A DNA stretch of 42,677 nt, from the NCBI GenBank assembly GCA_030671065.1, contig DAOVAM010000001.1, positions 1 to 42,677 of the forward strand, written 5' to 3'. The translations under genes and the position numbers were made by a program. Shown piece by piece: positions 1 to 9,198 of this stretch (its first letter is position 1; each line of letters begins with the position of its first letter). Origin of the DNA: Candidatus Aminicenantes bacterium (GTDB lineage Bacteria; Acidobacteriota; Aminicenantia; Aminicenantales; Aminicenantaceae). The notes beneath the pieces are model-generated. The model was given only the letters and a program-made list of their open reading frames with translations. It was not told where the DNA came from and did not search any database.

Positions 1-23
1 TATTATTCTCAGGTGCACAGGCA

Positions 24-776
24 ATGGATGAGTTACTCAAGCTCCTTCTTTTATTCGGAGTCGGCTCGATTGCAGGTTTCATCAACGTCATGGCAGGAGG
101 CGGCTCGACAGTCACTCTTCCCATCCTCATACTCCTGGGCCTCGATCCCTCTCTCGCCAACGGCACCAACCGATTAGGAATAATGGCTCAGAGTTTCTCT
201 GCGGTCATCTCTTTCCGCCAGGAAAAATACCACGACTTCAAATTGAGTCTAAAATTGACAGCCTTCACTCTGCCTGGAGCCATAGCTGGTGCCATTATCG
301 CAACCCGGATAGGGGATGAGCTCTTCCAGAAGATTCTGGCTTATGTCTTGATCGGTGTCACCGTCTCTCTCTTCTTGAGGAAAACAAACCAGAAAAAGAT
401 TGATGCGCGCAGCGATGGAAAAACCTCTTGGTTGATCTACCCAGTCATGGTTGCGATTGGATTTTATGGTGGTTTTATCCAGCTCGGTGTGGGTTTCGTG
501 TTCATGGCCTCACTCTTCCATCTGATGAGACTCGACATTATCCGGACCAACATGCATAAAGTCTTTATCACATTCATCTACACCATTCCCGCCTTTCTTA
601 TCTTCCTGATTACAGGAAATGTGGAATGGAAGTTTGGTTTGATACTCGCGGTCGGAATGGCTTTCGGAGCATGGTGGTCAGCAAAGATTTCTGTTAAAAA
701 GGGAGAGAAGGTCATCCGGATAGTCCTGAGCGGGGCCTTACTCTGGATGGCCTTGACACTTTTGGACTTCTTCTAA
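24..776 (+). CDS. TSUP / TauE-SafE family (DUF81) membrane transporter
   Basis: 250-aa ORF that is hydrophobic throughout, with multiple predicted TM segments. Gly-rich motifs 'GFINVMAGGGSTVTLPIL' and 'GFYGGFIQLGVGF' recur in the two halves, as is typical of this family. Confidence 0.75.
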   Translation: MDELLKLLLLFGVGSIAGFINVMAGGGSTVTLPILILLGLDPSLANGTNRLGIMAQSFSAVISFRQEKYHDFKLSLKLTAFTLPGAIAGAIIATRIGDELFQKILAYVLIGVTVSLFLRKTNQKKIDARSDGKTSWLIYPVMVAIGFYGGFIQLGVGFVFMASLFHLMRLDIIRTNMHKVFITFIYTIPAFLIFLITGNVEWKFGLILAVGMAFGAWWSAKISVKKGEKVIRIVLSGALLWMALTLLDFF

Positions 777-901
777 ACATTTTGGATCAGGCGTTAGGTC
801 CAAAAGCCTGGTCCCATTGACTTAAGAAAAACGAGCATATATCATGAACCTTAATATTTTGGCAGTGAGGCCTTTTGCGTGAGAACGGAGGAAAAAGAAC
901 A

Positions 902-2152
902 GTGTTTGGACTGAAAAAAATCAAACTGCACACCAAGATTTTCATCGGATTGATCCTCGGAGTGGTGGTGGGCCTTGTCTTCGGGGAAAAGGCCATGATC
1001 ATCGAGCCTGTCGGAACAATCTTCCTCCGTCTCATCACAATGATCGTTGTTCCTCTGGTTCTCGTCTCTCTTATGCTGGGTACAGCCAGCCTGGGTGATA
1101 TCCGCAAGCTCGGTCGAATCGGATTCAAAACAGTCGCCTATTTCACGATAACAACGATGATCGCCATCTCCATAGGTCTCGGTTTGGCTAACATTGTCAA
1201 GCCCGGCACCGGCCTGAACAAAGAGGTGAAGGCTGAGCTCTATAAAAGCTACGAATCCAGAGCCCAGGTCAGCATTCAGAGAATGGAAGAGAAGCCATCC
1301 CTCAAGGATATCCTGATCAATATCGTTCCAACCAACCCTGTGAAGGCGCTCATAGACGGAAACATGCTTCAAGTGATCTTCCTCGGGCTACTCCTTGGCC
1401 TTATCCTCACTCTGATCAAAAAAGAAAAATCAGATTTGCTCATAAAATTTCTTGATGGCGTGAACGACGTGATCATCCAAGTCGTCCACATCGCCATGAG
1501 GCTCGCACCCTACGGTGTTCTGGCCCTAATCGCAGCTGTGATCGGCCAGTATGGTGTCAACATCCTCGTCACTCTTCTCAAATATTCGCTCGTGGTCGTG
1601 GGCGGTCTTGTGATCTATACCTTATCGGTAAACAGCTTTTCACTCAGCCTTCTGGGTCGAATGAATCCCATCCTGTTTTTCAAGGCCGTTAAAGAAGCGA
1701 TGATCATCGCCTTCAGCACATCCAGCTCAAATGCGGCCTTGCCGGTCAGCCTGGACTGTGTCGAGCACATCGGAGTTTCCCGGCAATACTCGAGTTTTGT
1801 CATTCCTCTGGGAGCCACAATCAATATGGATGGAACAGCCCTTTATCAAGGTGTGGCTGCAGTGTTCATTGCCAATATCTACGGCATCCCCTTGGGATTC
1901 ACGGATCAAATCACAATCGTCCTTATGGCCACTCTGGCCTCTGTAGGAGCCGCAGGCGTCCCTGCTGCAGGCATCATCACCCTGGCTATGGTCCTCACGC
2001 AGATCGGAATTCCCCTAGAAGGAATCGCCCTAATTCTGGGAGTTGACCGATTCCTGGATATGTGCCGGACAACCACCAACATCATCGGCGATATGACCTG
2101 TGCTGTTGTCATCAAGCAAACAGAAGAGAGGGGAAAAACGAAATTGAAGTGA
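902..2152 (+). CDS. Dicarboxylate/amino acid:cation symporter (DAACS family, GltP/GltT/DctA-like)
   Basis: Family motifs 'FSTSSSNAALPVSLD', 'NMDGTALYQG' and 'DRFLDMCRTTTNIIGD' are present. I prefer the GTG at 902, which lies 10 nt after GGAGG (887-891), over the TTG at 875 used by the ORF track. Confidence 0.85.
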   Translation: MFGLKKIKLHTKIFIGLILGVVVGLVFGEKAMIIEPVGTIFLRLITMIVVPLVLVSLMLGTASLGDIRKLGRIGFKTVAYFTITTMIAISIGLGLANIVKPGTGLNKEVKAELYKSYESRAQVSIQRMEEKPSLKDILINIVPTNPVKALIDGNMLQVIFLGLLLGLILTLIKKEKSDLLIKFLDGVNDVIIQVVHIAMRLAPYGVLALIAAVIGQYGVNILVTLLKYSLVVVGGLVIYTLSVNSFSLSLLGRMNPILFFKAVKEAMIIAFSTSSSNAALPVSLDCVEHIGVSRQYSSFVIPLGATINMDGTALYQGVAAVFIANIYGIPLGFTDQITIVLMATLASVGAAGVPAAGIITLAMVLTQIGIPLEGIALILGVDRFLDMCRTTTNIIGDMTCAVVIKQTEERGKTKLK

Positions 2153-2952
2153 CAAAAAAGACAAAGAGAAAGGCCCTCGGCCAGCATTTCCTGAAAAGCC
2201 ATGCGGTTTTAAAAAAAATCATCCACCGTATTTCTCCCACCGATAAGGATCTGATCATCGAAATTGGAGCAGGTAAGGGAGTCCTGACTTTCCCTCTGGC
2301 CGAGAAAGCAGGAAAACTCATCGCCATCGAGAAAGATCCGTCTCTCATTCCCTTCCTCCAGAAAAAAAAACTTCCCAACCTGATGATCCTGGAAAAAGAT
2401 ATCCTGAAGGTAGACTTTCATAACCTTCTTAAAAAAGAGAAAAAATTCAAAGAAAATGTGAAGCTCGCGGGAAACCTGCCTTACTCCCTTTCCTCACCTT
2501 TACTGTTCAAAGTTCTGGAGGAGAAAGAGCATTTCTCCGAGTGCGTCTTCTTGCTCCAGAAAGAGGTCGCAAAAAGACTCTGTGGTCAACCTGGATCGAA
2601 AATCTATGCTCCGCTTTCCATCCTTTTCCAGATTCATTTTTTCGCCAAGCTCCATTTTATTGTTCCTCCGGAATGTTTCTTGCCTCCACCCAAAGTGGAT
2701 TCCGCCCTTATTTCCCTCCGGAGAAGGGAGCGCCCCCTCTTTTCTCTTGAAAACGAAGAACTCTTCCGGAATTTTTTAAAGGGTGCTTTTAAGCACAGAA
2801 GAAAAATCCTGCGAAAAAATCTGGAAAAGCTCGATATTCCTTTATCCATAATCGATAAGGCTTACCTCAAATTTGACATCGAGAGAAACACACGCGCTGA
2901 ACAGCTCTCTATCTCTCAATTCGTGGATCTCTTTCACTATTTCTTCAAATAG
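2149..2952 (+). CDS. rsmA: 16S rRNA (adenine1518/1519-N6)-dimethyltransferase RsmA/KsgA
   Basis: Carries 'ALGQHFL', the SAM-binding 'IIEIGAGKGVLT' and 'GNLPYSLSSPLL'. The in-frame GTG at 2149 overlaps the upstream stop codon (GTGA). The ORF-track start at 2062 would lie inside the transporter gene. Confidence 0.9.
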   Translation: MTKKTKRKALGQHFLKSHAVLKKIIHRISPTDKDLIIEIGAGKGVLTFPLAEKAGKLIAIEKDPSLIPFLQKKKLPNLMILEKDILKVDFHNLLKKEKKFKENVKLAGNLPYSLSSPLLFKVLEEKEHFSECVFLLQKEVAKRLCGQPGSKIYAPLSILFQIHFFAKLHFIVPPECFLPPPKVDSALISLRRRERPLFSLENEELFRNFLKGAFKHRRKILRKNLEKLDIPLSIIDKAYLKFDIERNTRAEQLSISQFVDLFHYFFK

Positions 2953-2996
2953 AAGTAATAGGGAATCGCGTCTCTATATTTAGCAAAATTTGAAGC

Positions 2997-3025
2997 CTGA
3001 CCCCAGAAATCAAATATGGTATAAT
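2997..3025 (+). promoter_or_regulatory. sigma70-type promoter with extended -10 (cTGACc-N17-TATAAT, TG at 3017-3018) directly abutting the ftsK ATG
   Basis: TGgTATAAT ends at 3025 and the ATG is at 3033. Only 7 nt intervene and there is no Shine-Dalgarno sequence, which implies a leaderless or near-leaderless transcript. Confidence 0.5.
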
Positions 3026-3032
3026 TCAAACA

Positions 3033-5342
3033 ATGAAAAAGATGAAAAAAGGCGCATGGCCTCTCTCTTTCCGAAGACCTAGAAGAAAAAAAGGCGTGAG
3101 TTCTTCTGACATCACCGGAATTTTCCTGATTTTTATCGCAATTTTTATTTTTTTCAGTCTGATCAGCTACGATTCACAGGATCCCTCTTGGACGAATACA
3201 GGATGGGCTGACGCACAACTTTCAGGGCAAAAAATCCACAATTATACAGGCAAAGTAGGGGCCTATCTTTCCGATGCTCTCCTTCAGATTTTTGGGTTCG
3301 CCTCATTCCTCTTCTCATTCACCATTTTCTACATGGGAATTCAGTGTTTTTTCTCGAAAGAGGACAGACGCTTCCTGTTGAAATCTATGGGAGGCCTGTT
3401 CCTCATTCTTGTGTTCAGTTCCCTTCTGTTCATGCTTTTCCGGGATGTCTTCTGGAGAGGGAGTGAGATCCAGGCCGGCGGCCTGATCGGCAAATTGCTC
3501 TCATCCGCTCTCGTTCGAATTTTCAGTCATGTCGGAACGCTGCTTGTGCTGATTGTCCTTCTCATTCTCTTTTTCATCCTCGCAACCAAAATCTCTGTGT
3601 CAACGATTCTCCGGTTCTTTTCAGATCTGTTTCATTTTGTGTTCAAAGAAATCAGGATCAGAACCACTCATTACCGCAAATCCAGGCTTAGGGAACGGAT
3701 GCGGAAGAAAGTTGTCGAAAAATATTCCCTTCCTGAGGAAATCGAGACGAAAAAACCAAAACAGAAAAAAAAGAAAAAGGAAAGAGGGAAAAAACCAAAA
3801 CCTGAACCGGCGCTGACAGAGCCTCCTTCTGTTCAAGAAAAGTATCTCTTTCCTGAGATGGAAAAGAAAACCGATTATAACTATCCACCTTTTACGCTCC
3901 TTGACCCGGGAAAAGCATCTGAAAAAATCGACAAAAACGAACTCTTAGAAAAAAAGCAGCGAATTGAAGAGAAACTTGCCGAATTCCGGGTCGAAGGAGA
4001 AGTCCGGGAGTATCATCCCGGGCCAGTGGTCACCACATACGAATTCTACCCCTATCCGGGGGTTAAAATCAGTCAAGTAGCAAATCTTTCGGAAGACCTT
4101 TCCATGGCTTTAGGCGTGGAATCCGCTCGAGTCCAAAGAATGCCAGGCAAATCTTCTCTCGGGGTTGAAATCCCCAACAATAAAAGAGAAATCATTAAAC
4201 TCAGGGATATCATCCAGTCTGAACAATTCACACATTCTCCCTCCAAGCTGACCTTTGCTTTGGGAAAGACGATTCATGGTGAAGTCTATACCACAGATTT
4301 ATCCATCATGCCCCATCTTCTGATCGCTGGCGCAACCGGAACTGGGAAAAGTGTGGCTCTCAACACACTTATCACCAGCATCCTTTACAGAGCCAAACCC
4401 GAAGACGTCAAACTTATCCTCATCGACCCCAAAAGATTGGAATTTGCTCTCTGGGATGGGATCCCTCATCTTCTCTGTCCTGTCGTGAAAGATCCGAAGA
4501 AAGCCGGGGCGATCTTGTTGGATACCATAAAAATGATGGAAGAACGCTATCAACGACTGGGTCTTCTGAGAGTGAGAAATATCGAACAGTACAATCATCA
4601 GGTCAAGCGCACACTGAAAGAGAGGAAAGGAAAGCCCAAAGAAGAAGACAATGAAGACCTCAAACCTCTTCCTTATGTTGTTATTATCATCGACGAATTG
4701 GCAGAATTGATGATGATCGGAGCCCAGGAAGTGGAGTACTGCATCGCGCGTCTCGCGCAACTGGCCCGGGCTGTCGGTATCCACCTAGTGATGGCGACTC
4801 AGCGGCCATCCATAGATGTGATCACTGGGACAATCAAAAACAACTTTTCCAGCCGGATTGCCTTCCGTGTTCCTACGAAGGTTGACTCCCGAATCATAAT
4901 CGATACTTCTGGAGCCGAGAAACTTCTTGGCCTGGGAGACATGCTTTTTATGCCTCCAAACTATCCTCGTCTCATAAGACTGCACTGTTCTCACATTTCT
5001 ATATCCGAAATCACCAGACTAGTGAAATTCGTCAAAGAGCAGGGATCGCCCGAATTCGATGAGAAAATCATCAAAACTCTCAAAAGCAAAACAGCCAAGG
5101 GATTTGAAGACCTCGGTGAAAAAGATGAACTCTATGAAAAAGCACTAGAGCTCGTCCTTCTCACCGGGCAGGCCTCCGCTTCTTACCTCCAGAGGAAGTT
5201 CAAATTGGGCTATGCTCGGGCTGCCCGAATCATTGACCAGATGGAACAAGAAGGCATTGTGGGCCCATCCGAAGGAAGCAAACCCAGGGCATTTCTTGTC
5301 GATCCCCAAACATACCTGGAAAAAATGAAGAGAGAGGCATGA
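3033..5342 (+). CDS. ftsK: DNA translocase FtsK/SpoIIIE
   Basis: Has N-terminal TM segments and a Lys/Pro-rich linker ('KKPKQKKKKKERGKKPKPEP'). Walker A is 'GATGTGKS' and Walker B is 'VVIIIDELAELM'. The C-terminal gamma winged helix reads 'SASYLQRKFKLGYARAARIIDQMEQEGIVGP'. Confidence 0.93.
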   Translation: MKKMKKGAWPLSFRRPRRKKGVSSSDITGIFLIFIAIFIFFSLISYDSQDPSWTNTGWADAQLSGQKIHNYTGKVGAYLSDALLQIFGFASFLFSFTIFYMGIQCFFSKEDRRFLLKSMGGLFLILVFSSLLFMLFRDVFWRGSEIQAGGLIGKLLSSALVRIFSHVGTLLVLIVLLILFFILATKISVSTILRFFSDLFHFVFKEIRIRTTHYRKSRLRERMRKKVVEKYSLPEEIETKKPKQKKKKKERGKKPKPEPALTEPPSVQEKYLFPEMEKKTDYNYPPFTLLDPGKASEKIDKNELLEKKQRIEEKLAEFRVEGEVREYHPGPVVTTYEFYPYPGVKISQVANLSEDLSMALGVESARVQRMPGKSSLGVEIPNNKREIIKLRDIIQSEQFTHSPSKLTFALGKTIHGEVYTTDLSIMPHLLIAGATGTGKSVALNTLITSILYRAKPEDVKLILIDPKRLEFALWDGIPHLLCPVVKDPKKAGAILLDTIKMMEERYQRLGLLRVRNIEQYNHQVKRTLKERKGKPKEEDNEDLKPLPYVVIIIDELAELMMIGAQEVEYCIARLAQLARAVGIHLVMATQRPSIDVITGTIKNNFSSRIAFRVPTKVDSRIIIDTSGAEKLLGLGDMLFMPPNYPRLIRLHCSHISISEITRLVKFVKEQGSPEFDEKIIKTLKSKTAKGFEDLGEKDELYEKALELVLLTGQASASYLQRKFKLGYARAARIIDQMEQEGIVGPSEGSKPRAFLVDPQTYLEKMKREA

Positions 5343-7469
5343 GTGTTTCCCCGGAGAAAGCAAAAGAAAAAAATTAAAAAAGCCCTCAATGATTCAAACC
5401 TTCAAAAGGCTTTAGAAAAAGCCTCTGCCCAACATTTTAAAAAATACAACCGCACACAGAGTGAAATTCTATGGGGAGAGTATAAAAAAAAAGCCAGAGC
5501 CATTCGAGAAGCCTGTGTCAAAAAGCTACCCCAGCTTATCCAAAAATTCACTGAAGAGGCAGAAAAAGCCGGCTCACACGTTACCATCGTCTCAACCCCA
5601 GAGGAAGCATTGGCCACAATGGAACACATTGCCCGCACAAAGAAAGCCAAGCTCATTGTTAAATCCAAATCCATGGTCAGTGAAGAAATCCAGCTCAACA
5701 GCTTTTTTGAGAAAAAAGGCATCAGGATAGTCGAAACTGATTTAGGAGAATGGATCATCCAGCTCGCTGAGGAAAAGCCTTCTCATATCACTGCTCCTGC
5801 CCTGCACAAGACCAAAGAAGAGGTGGCTGAACTCCTCAGCCAACATCTCGGAAAAAAAGTCTCTGCTGAGCCAAAAGAGATCGTGAAGATTGCCCGGGAA
5901 GAGATGCGAAAATACTTCATAAAGGCTGATATCGGAATTTCCGGAGCCAACCTGGCAGTTGCCGAATCCGGGACGCTTGTTATCATCAGTAACGAGGGAA
6001 ATGCCCGCTTGGTCACTACCCTTCCCCCTGTTCATATCGCTCTTATCACGACAGAAAAATTCGTCGAAACCCTGGAACAAGCCATCACTCTCACCAAGGC
6101 CCTTATCCCCGCCTCCTCCGGAATGAAAGTGACCTCATACATCTCCTTTATCACTGGGCCGAGTCGGACCACTGATATCGAGAAAGAGCTGGTTATAGGT
6201 GTTCACGGGCCACAAGAGCTCCATATTATCATTCTGGATAACGGAAGATTCAATATCAGTAAAGACAAAAATCTGGATAAAATTCTCTATTGCCTGAAGT
6301 GCGGCGGCTGCATGCTCATCTGTCCTGTATTTAAAGCTCTGGGAGGCCACGTCTACGGAGGACCGGTCTATCCCGGAGGAATCGGCGTTCTGCTGACTGC
6401 GATAACCCGATCTTTTGAGGAATCCTACTCTCTGCTCGATTTCTGTGCGGACTGTAAAAAATGTGAGGAATTCTGCCCGGTCGGGATCCCCACAGGGGAC
6501 CTCATCCAGAAACTCAAGACCAAGAGAATGCCAAGGCTCTGGGAGAAGACTCTTTCCTTCTTTTTTAGAGAAAAGGCCTTTGCCGACAGCACAGCCCAGA
6601 TCTTATCTCTTTTCCAAAAGCCTTTTCAGAAAAATAGCGACCTCATTAATCTCCCTATTTCCTTGGGAAAGAGGAAATCCCTCCCAGTGATCAAACCAAT
6701 GAAACGCATGCGGGACGAAAAGAAGAACGGAGAAAAAATCTTTCTCTTCCAAGGGTGTTTGGTGAAATATTTCTTTCCTGAAATTCGAGAAAGTGTCATC
6801 AGCAGTCTCTCCCGCATTGGTTTTCAGGTGGTCGCCCCACCAGACCAGGCTTGTTGTGGAGCCCCCAGCCTTCATCTGGGAAATGAAAAAGATGTACAAA
6901 AACTGGCCATGCACAATTTAAAAGCTTTTGAAAAAGAGAATCCCGATTACATTCTCACTGTTTGCCCGACTGGAAATTCCCTGTTGAAAAAACTTTACCC
7001 TGAAATCGAACCCAAATCTTCCCTCTGGACAGATAAAATCTTCGACTACACAGAATTCATGGTCAAAAAAGGACTGTTTCCAGAATCACAGAAGACAGTC
7101 AACACAGAAAAAGTATACTATCACTATCCATGTCACTATTTGAACGCCCTGAAATTAAAGGACGAGCCCAAAAAAATGCTTGAAGCTTTGGCGTTCGATC
7201 TTAAGGAAGAAGAGGAGCCCTATGCGTGTTGCGGGTTTTGCGGAGTTTTTTCTGTAAAAAATCCTGAAATTTCGAGCCGCATGTGGGAGGAAAAAAAGAA
7301 AAAAATAATCAAAAGTGGATCAGAACTCGTCGCTACCGACTGTCCAGGCTGCCTTTTTCAGCTCAAAACCGGCCTGAAAGACGAAATTCCTCCTTTCAAG
7401 ATTTTTCACACAGCCGAGCTTTATGACAGGGTCGCAAAGCAAACCTCAAAAAAACGAAAGCTCTCGTGA
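5343..7469 (+). CDS. Fused LutB-like (LUD domain + 2x[4Fe-4S]) and LutA/GlcF-like (CCG cysteine-rich) iron-sulfur oxidoreductase
   Basis: The N-terminal ~440 aa hold a LUD/DUF162-like region followed by 'CLKCGGCMLICPV' and 'CADCKKCEEFCPV'. The C-terminal ~240 aa hold two CCG-type motifs ('PDQACCGAP', 'PYACCGFCG', 'TDCPGC'). The GTG start lies immediately after the ftsK TGA. The exact start is uncertain. Confidence 0.72.
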   Translation: MFPRRKQKKKIKKALNDSNLQKALEKASAQHFKKYNRTQSEILWGEYKKKARAIREACVKKLPQLIQKFTEEAEKAGSHVTIVSTPEEALATMEHIARTKKAKLIVKSKSMVSEEIQLNSFFEKKGIRIVETDLGEWIIQLAEEKPSHITAPALHKTKEEVAELLSQHLGKKVSAEPKEIVKIAREEMRKYFIKADIGISGANLAVAESGTLVIISNEGNARLVTTLPPVHIALITTEKFVETLEQAITLTKALIPASSGMKVTSYISFITGPSRTTDIEKELVIGVHGPQELHIIILDNGRFNISKDKNLDKILYCLKCGGCMLICPVFKALGGHVYGGPVYPGGIGVLLTAITRSFEESYSLLDFCADCKKCEEFCPVGIPTGDLIQKLKTKRMPRLWEKTLSFFFREKAFADSTAQILSLFQKPFQKNSDLINLPISLGKRKSLPVIKPMKRMRDEKKNGEKIFLFQGCLVKYFFPEIRESVISSLSRIGFQVVAPPDQACCGAPSLHLGNEKDVQKLAMHNLKAFEKENPDYILTVCPTGNSLLKKLYPEIEPKSSLWTDKIFDYTEFMVKKGLFPESQKTVNTEKVYYHYPCHYLNALKLKDEPKKMLEALAFDLKEEEEPYACCGFCGVFSVKNPEISSRMWEEKKKKIIKSGSELVATDCPGCLFQLKTGLKDEIPPFKIFHTAELYDRVAKQTSKKRKLS

Positions 7470-7531
7470 ATGGCTGTAGAGGAAAACAAATCTCTTGGAG
7501 GGGGAAATAAAGACTTTTTAGGGATGATAAA

Positions 7532-8524
7532 TCAGTGAACGGCGGAGAGCGGAAGTGAAATCCTGGAGTTTTCTTTAATATCCTGCCATTTTTCCTTCGA
7601 AATAGAAAGGAAGGCATCCGTGAGAAGAGGATCGAACTGAGTATCCCGTCCTTTTTCTATTTCTATTAAAGCATCCTCAAAGGTTTTTCCTTCCCTGTAA
7701 GGCCTATCCGATGTAATGGCATCCAACGTATCTGCCAGAGCAAAAATTCTCGCTCCCAGAGGGATTTCTTCTCCTCTCAAACCAAAAGGATAACCTGTCC
7801 CATCGTAACATTCGTGGTGATACAAAACCACTTGGGCCGATTTTTTCAAAAAATCGAATCCTTTGATCATTTCATAGCCCAAAAGAGGATGTTCTCTCAC
7901 CACTTCTTTTTCTTTTTCTGTCAGAGGGCCATCTTTTCTCAACACGAATTCAGGTATCCCGATCTTTCCGATGTCGTGGAGCAAAGCTCCCCTTTCGAGG
8001 TCAATTAAAAAACTCCTGTCCTCAAATCCAAGTTCTCGAGCAAAAAGGATCGTGTATTTGGACACAAGCTGGGAATGTCCCAATGTGTCTTCATTGCCAT
8101 CAGTAATGGCAATCAAATAGAGTAAATTCGATTTTAAAAAGGATTCTTTTTCAATTCCTCTTTCATCATAAGAAGAGTCTTGACTTTGGAATATCTTCCT
8201 GTAGCGCTGGTCCAGACGCATGAGTACTTCTCGGGCCAACGAAATCTTCCTGTTTTCCCAGAATCCTCTTTCCCAGAACGAAACAATCTCGTCCGCTTTC
8301 GATCTCTGGGAAAAGGGAAAGGAATGAGAATCTGCTCTCTCCTGCAGGATCTCTTCTCTGCTGACACCACTGAAATCATCAGGACTGCCGGGGAATCCAA
8401 GGGCAAGGTCGCTTATTCCTGTTAGTGCGACAGGGGCATTTCCATTAGAATTTTCTGGGGGGACATGCTCGAAAGAACTGTGTGTTTCCTTATTTGATTC
8501 TTGGATTGTGCTTAATTCTATCAC
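7532..8524 (-). CDS. HD-GYP domain protein (putative cyclic-di-GMP phosphodiesterase) with uncharacterised N-terminal ~130 aa
   Basis: Carries 'LLHDIGKIGIP' and 'HHECYDGTGYPFGLRGEEIPLGARIFALADTLDAITSDRPYR'. The start codon is GTG. Confidence 0.85.
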   Translation of the reverse strand: MIELSTIQESNKETHSSFEHVPPENSNGNAPVALTGISDLALGFPGSPDDFSGVSREEILQERADSHSFPFSQRSKADEIVSFWERGFWENRKISLAREVLMRLDQRYRKIFQSQDSSYDERGIEKESFLKSNLLYLIAITDGNEDTLGHSQLVSKYTILFARELGFEDRSFLIDLERGALLHDIGKIGIPEFVLRKDGPLTEKEKEVVREHPLLGYEMIKGFDFLKKSAQVVLYHHECYDGTGYPFGLRGEEIPLGARIFALADTLDAITSDRPYREGKTFEDALIEIEKGRDTQFDPLLTDAFLSISKEKWQDIKENSRISLPLSAVH

Positions 8525-8593
8525 AATTAATTCTCTATTTTTTTGGCATTGATGTTAGTCGCAGACGATTGTAAAAAATTGAAAAATCTAACC

Positions 8594-8622
8594 TTGCCAA
8601 CTCCTCCTTCTGGCTATATAAT
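8594..8622 (+). promoter_or_regulatory. sigma70-type promoter TTGCCA-N17-TATAAT upstream of the ECF sigma gene
   Basis: The -35 is at 8594-8599 and the -10 at 8617-8622. The in-frame ATG at 8633 lies 10 nt after the -10 with no SD. The in-frame ATGs at 8621 and 8624 overlap or abut the -10 and would sit upstream of the predicted transcription start. Confidence 0.5.
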
Positions 8623-8632
8623 GATGGCAACC

Positions 8633-9133
8633 ATGGGAAACAGCAGCGAGAAGATCAAACTGGAAGAAATCTTTGTGAAATACAAATCCATTGTCTCTTT
8701 CCGTGTGAAAAAATCGTTGGGAGCTTTTAATCCGGATTCAGACGATGTGGCTAATGAAATCATTACCAACGTCGTCGAAAAAATAAAGAAAGGGGAATTT
8801 AGAGGAGAATCTTCAATAGGGACATTCATTTACACCATCACCAGCCGCAGGATCGTCGATTACATCCGGCAAAAGAGTAAAGTCCTGAAGCATGTCCCGG
8901 AACCATCTTCCTATCCTGATCCCCAGGAACAAATCGAAGACCAAGAAAGAGCGGAAATGATTGCCATCGCGATAAAAAAATTAAAGCCCAAATACAGGGA
9001 AGTGCTTTACCTTTATTATTATAAAGACCTTTCAAGGGAGGAAGTGGCTGAAAAATTAGGCATTTCTCCCCGAAGAGTGAGTGAACGCGTGAATTATTCT
9101 CAAAAACTTCTAAAAAAGTTGATAAAAACATGA
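8633..9133 (+). CDS. ECF-type RNA polymerase sigma-70 family factor
   Basis: Has a region 2-like segment ('DDVANEIITNVVEKI...FIYTITSRRIVDYIR') and a region 4 HTH ('REVLYLYYYKDLSREEVAEKLGISPRRVSERVNYSQKLL'). The start was chosen from promoter geometry. 8621 is the alternative. Confidence 0.8.
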   Translation: MGNSSEKIKLEEIFVKYKSIVSFRVKKSLGAFNPDSDDVANEIITNVVEKIKKGEFRGESSIGTFIYTITSRRIVDYIRQKSKVLKHVPEPSSYPDPQEQIEDQERAEMIAIAIKKLKPKYREVLYLYYYKDLSREEVAEKLGISPRRVSERVNYSQKLLKKLIKT

Positions 9134-9198
9134 TTTTTTTCCATTTTTCCGGCTCTTTAACGACTAAATTTATGAAGTTAATTTGAGAGGAAATAACC

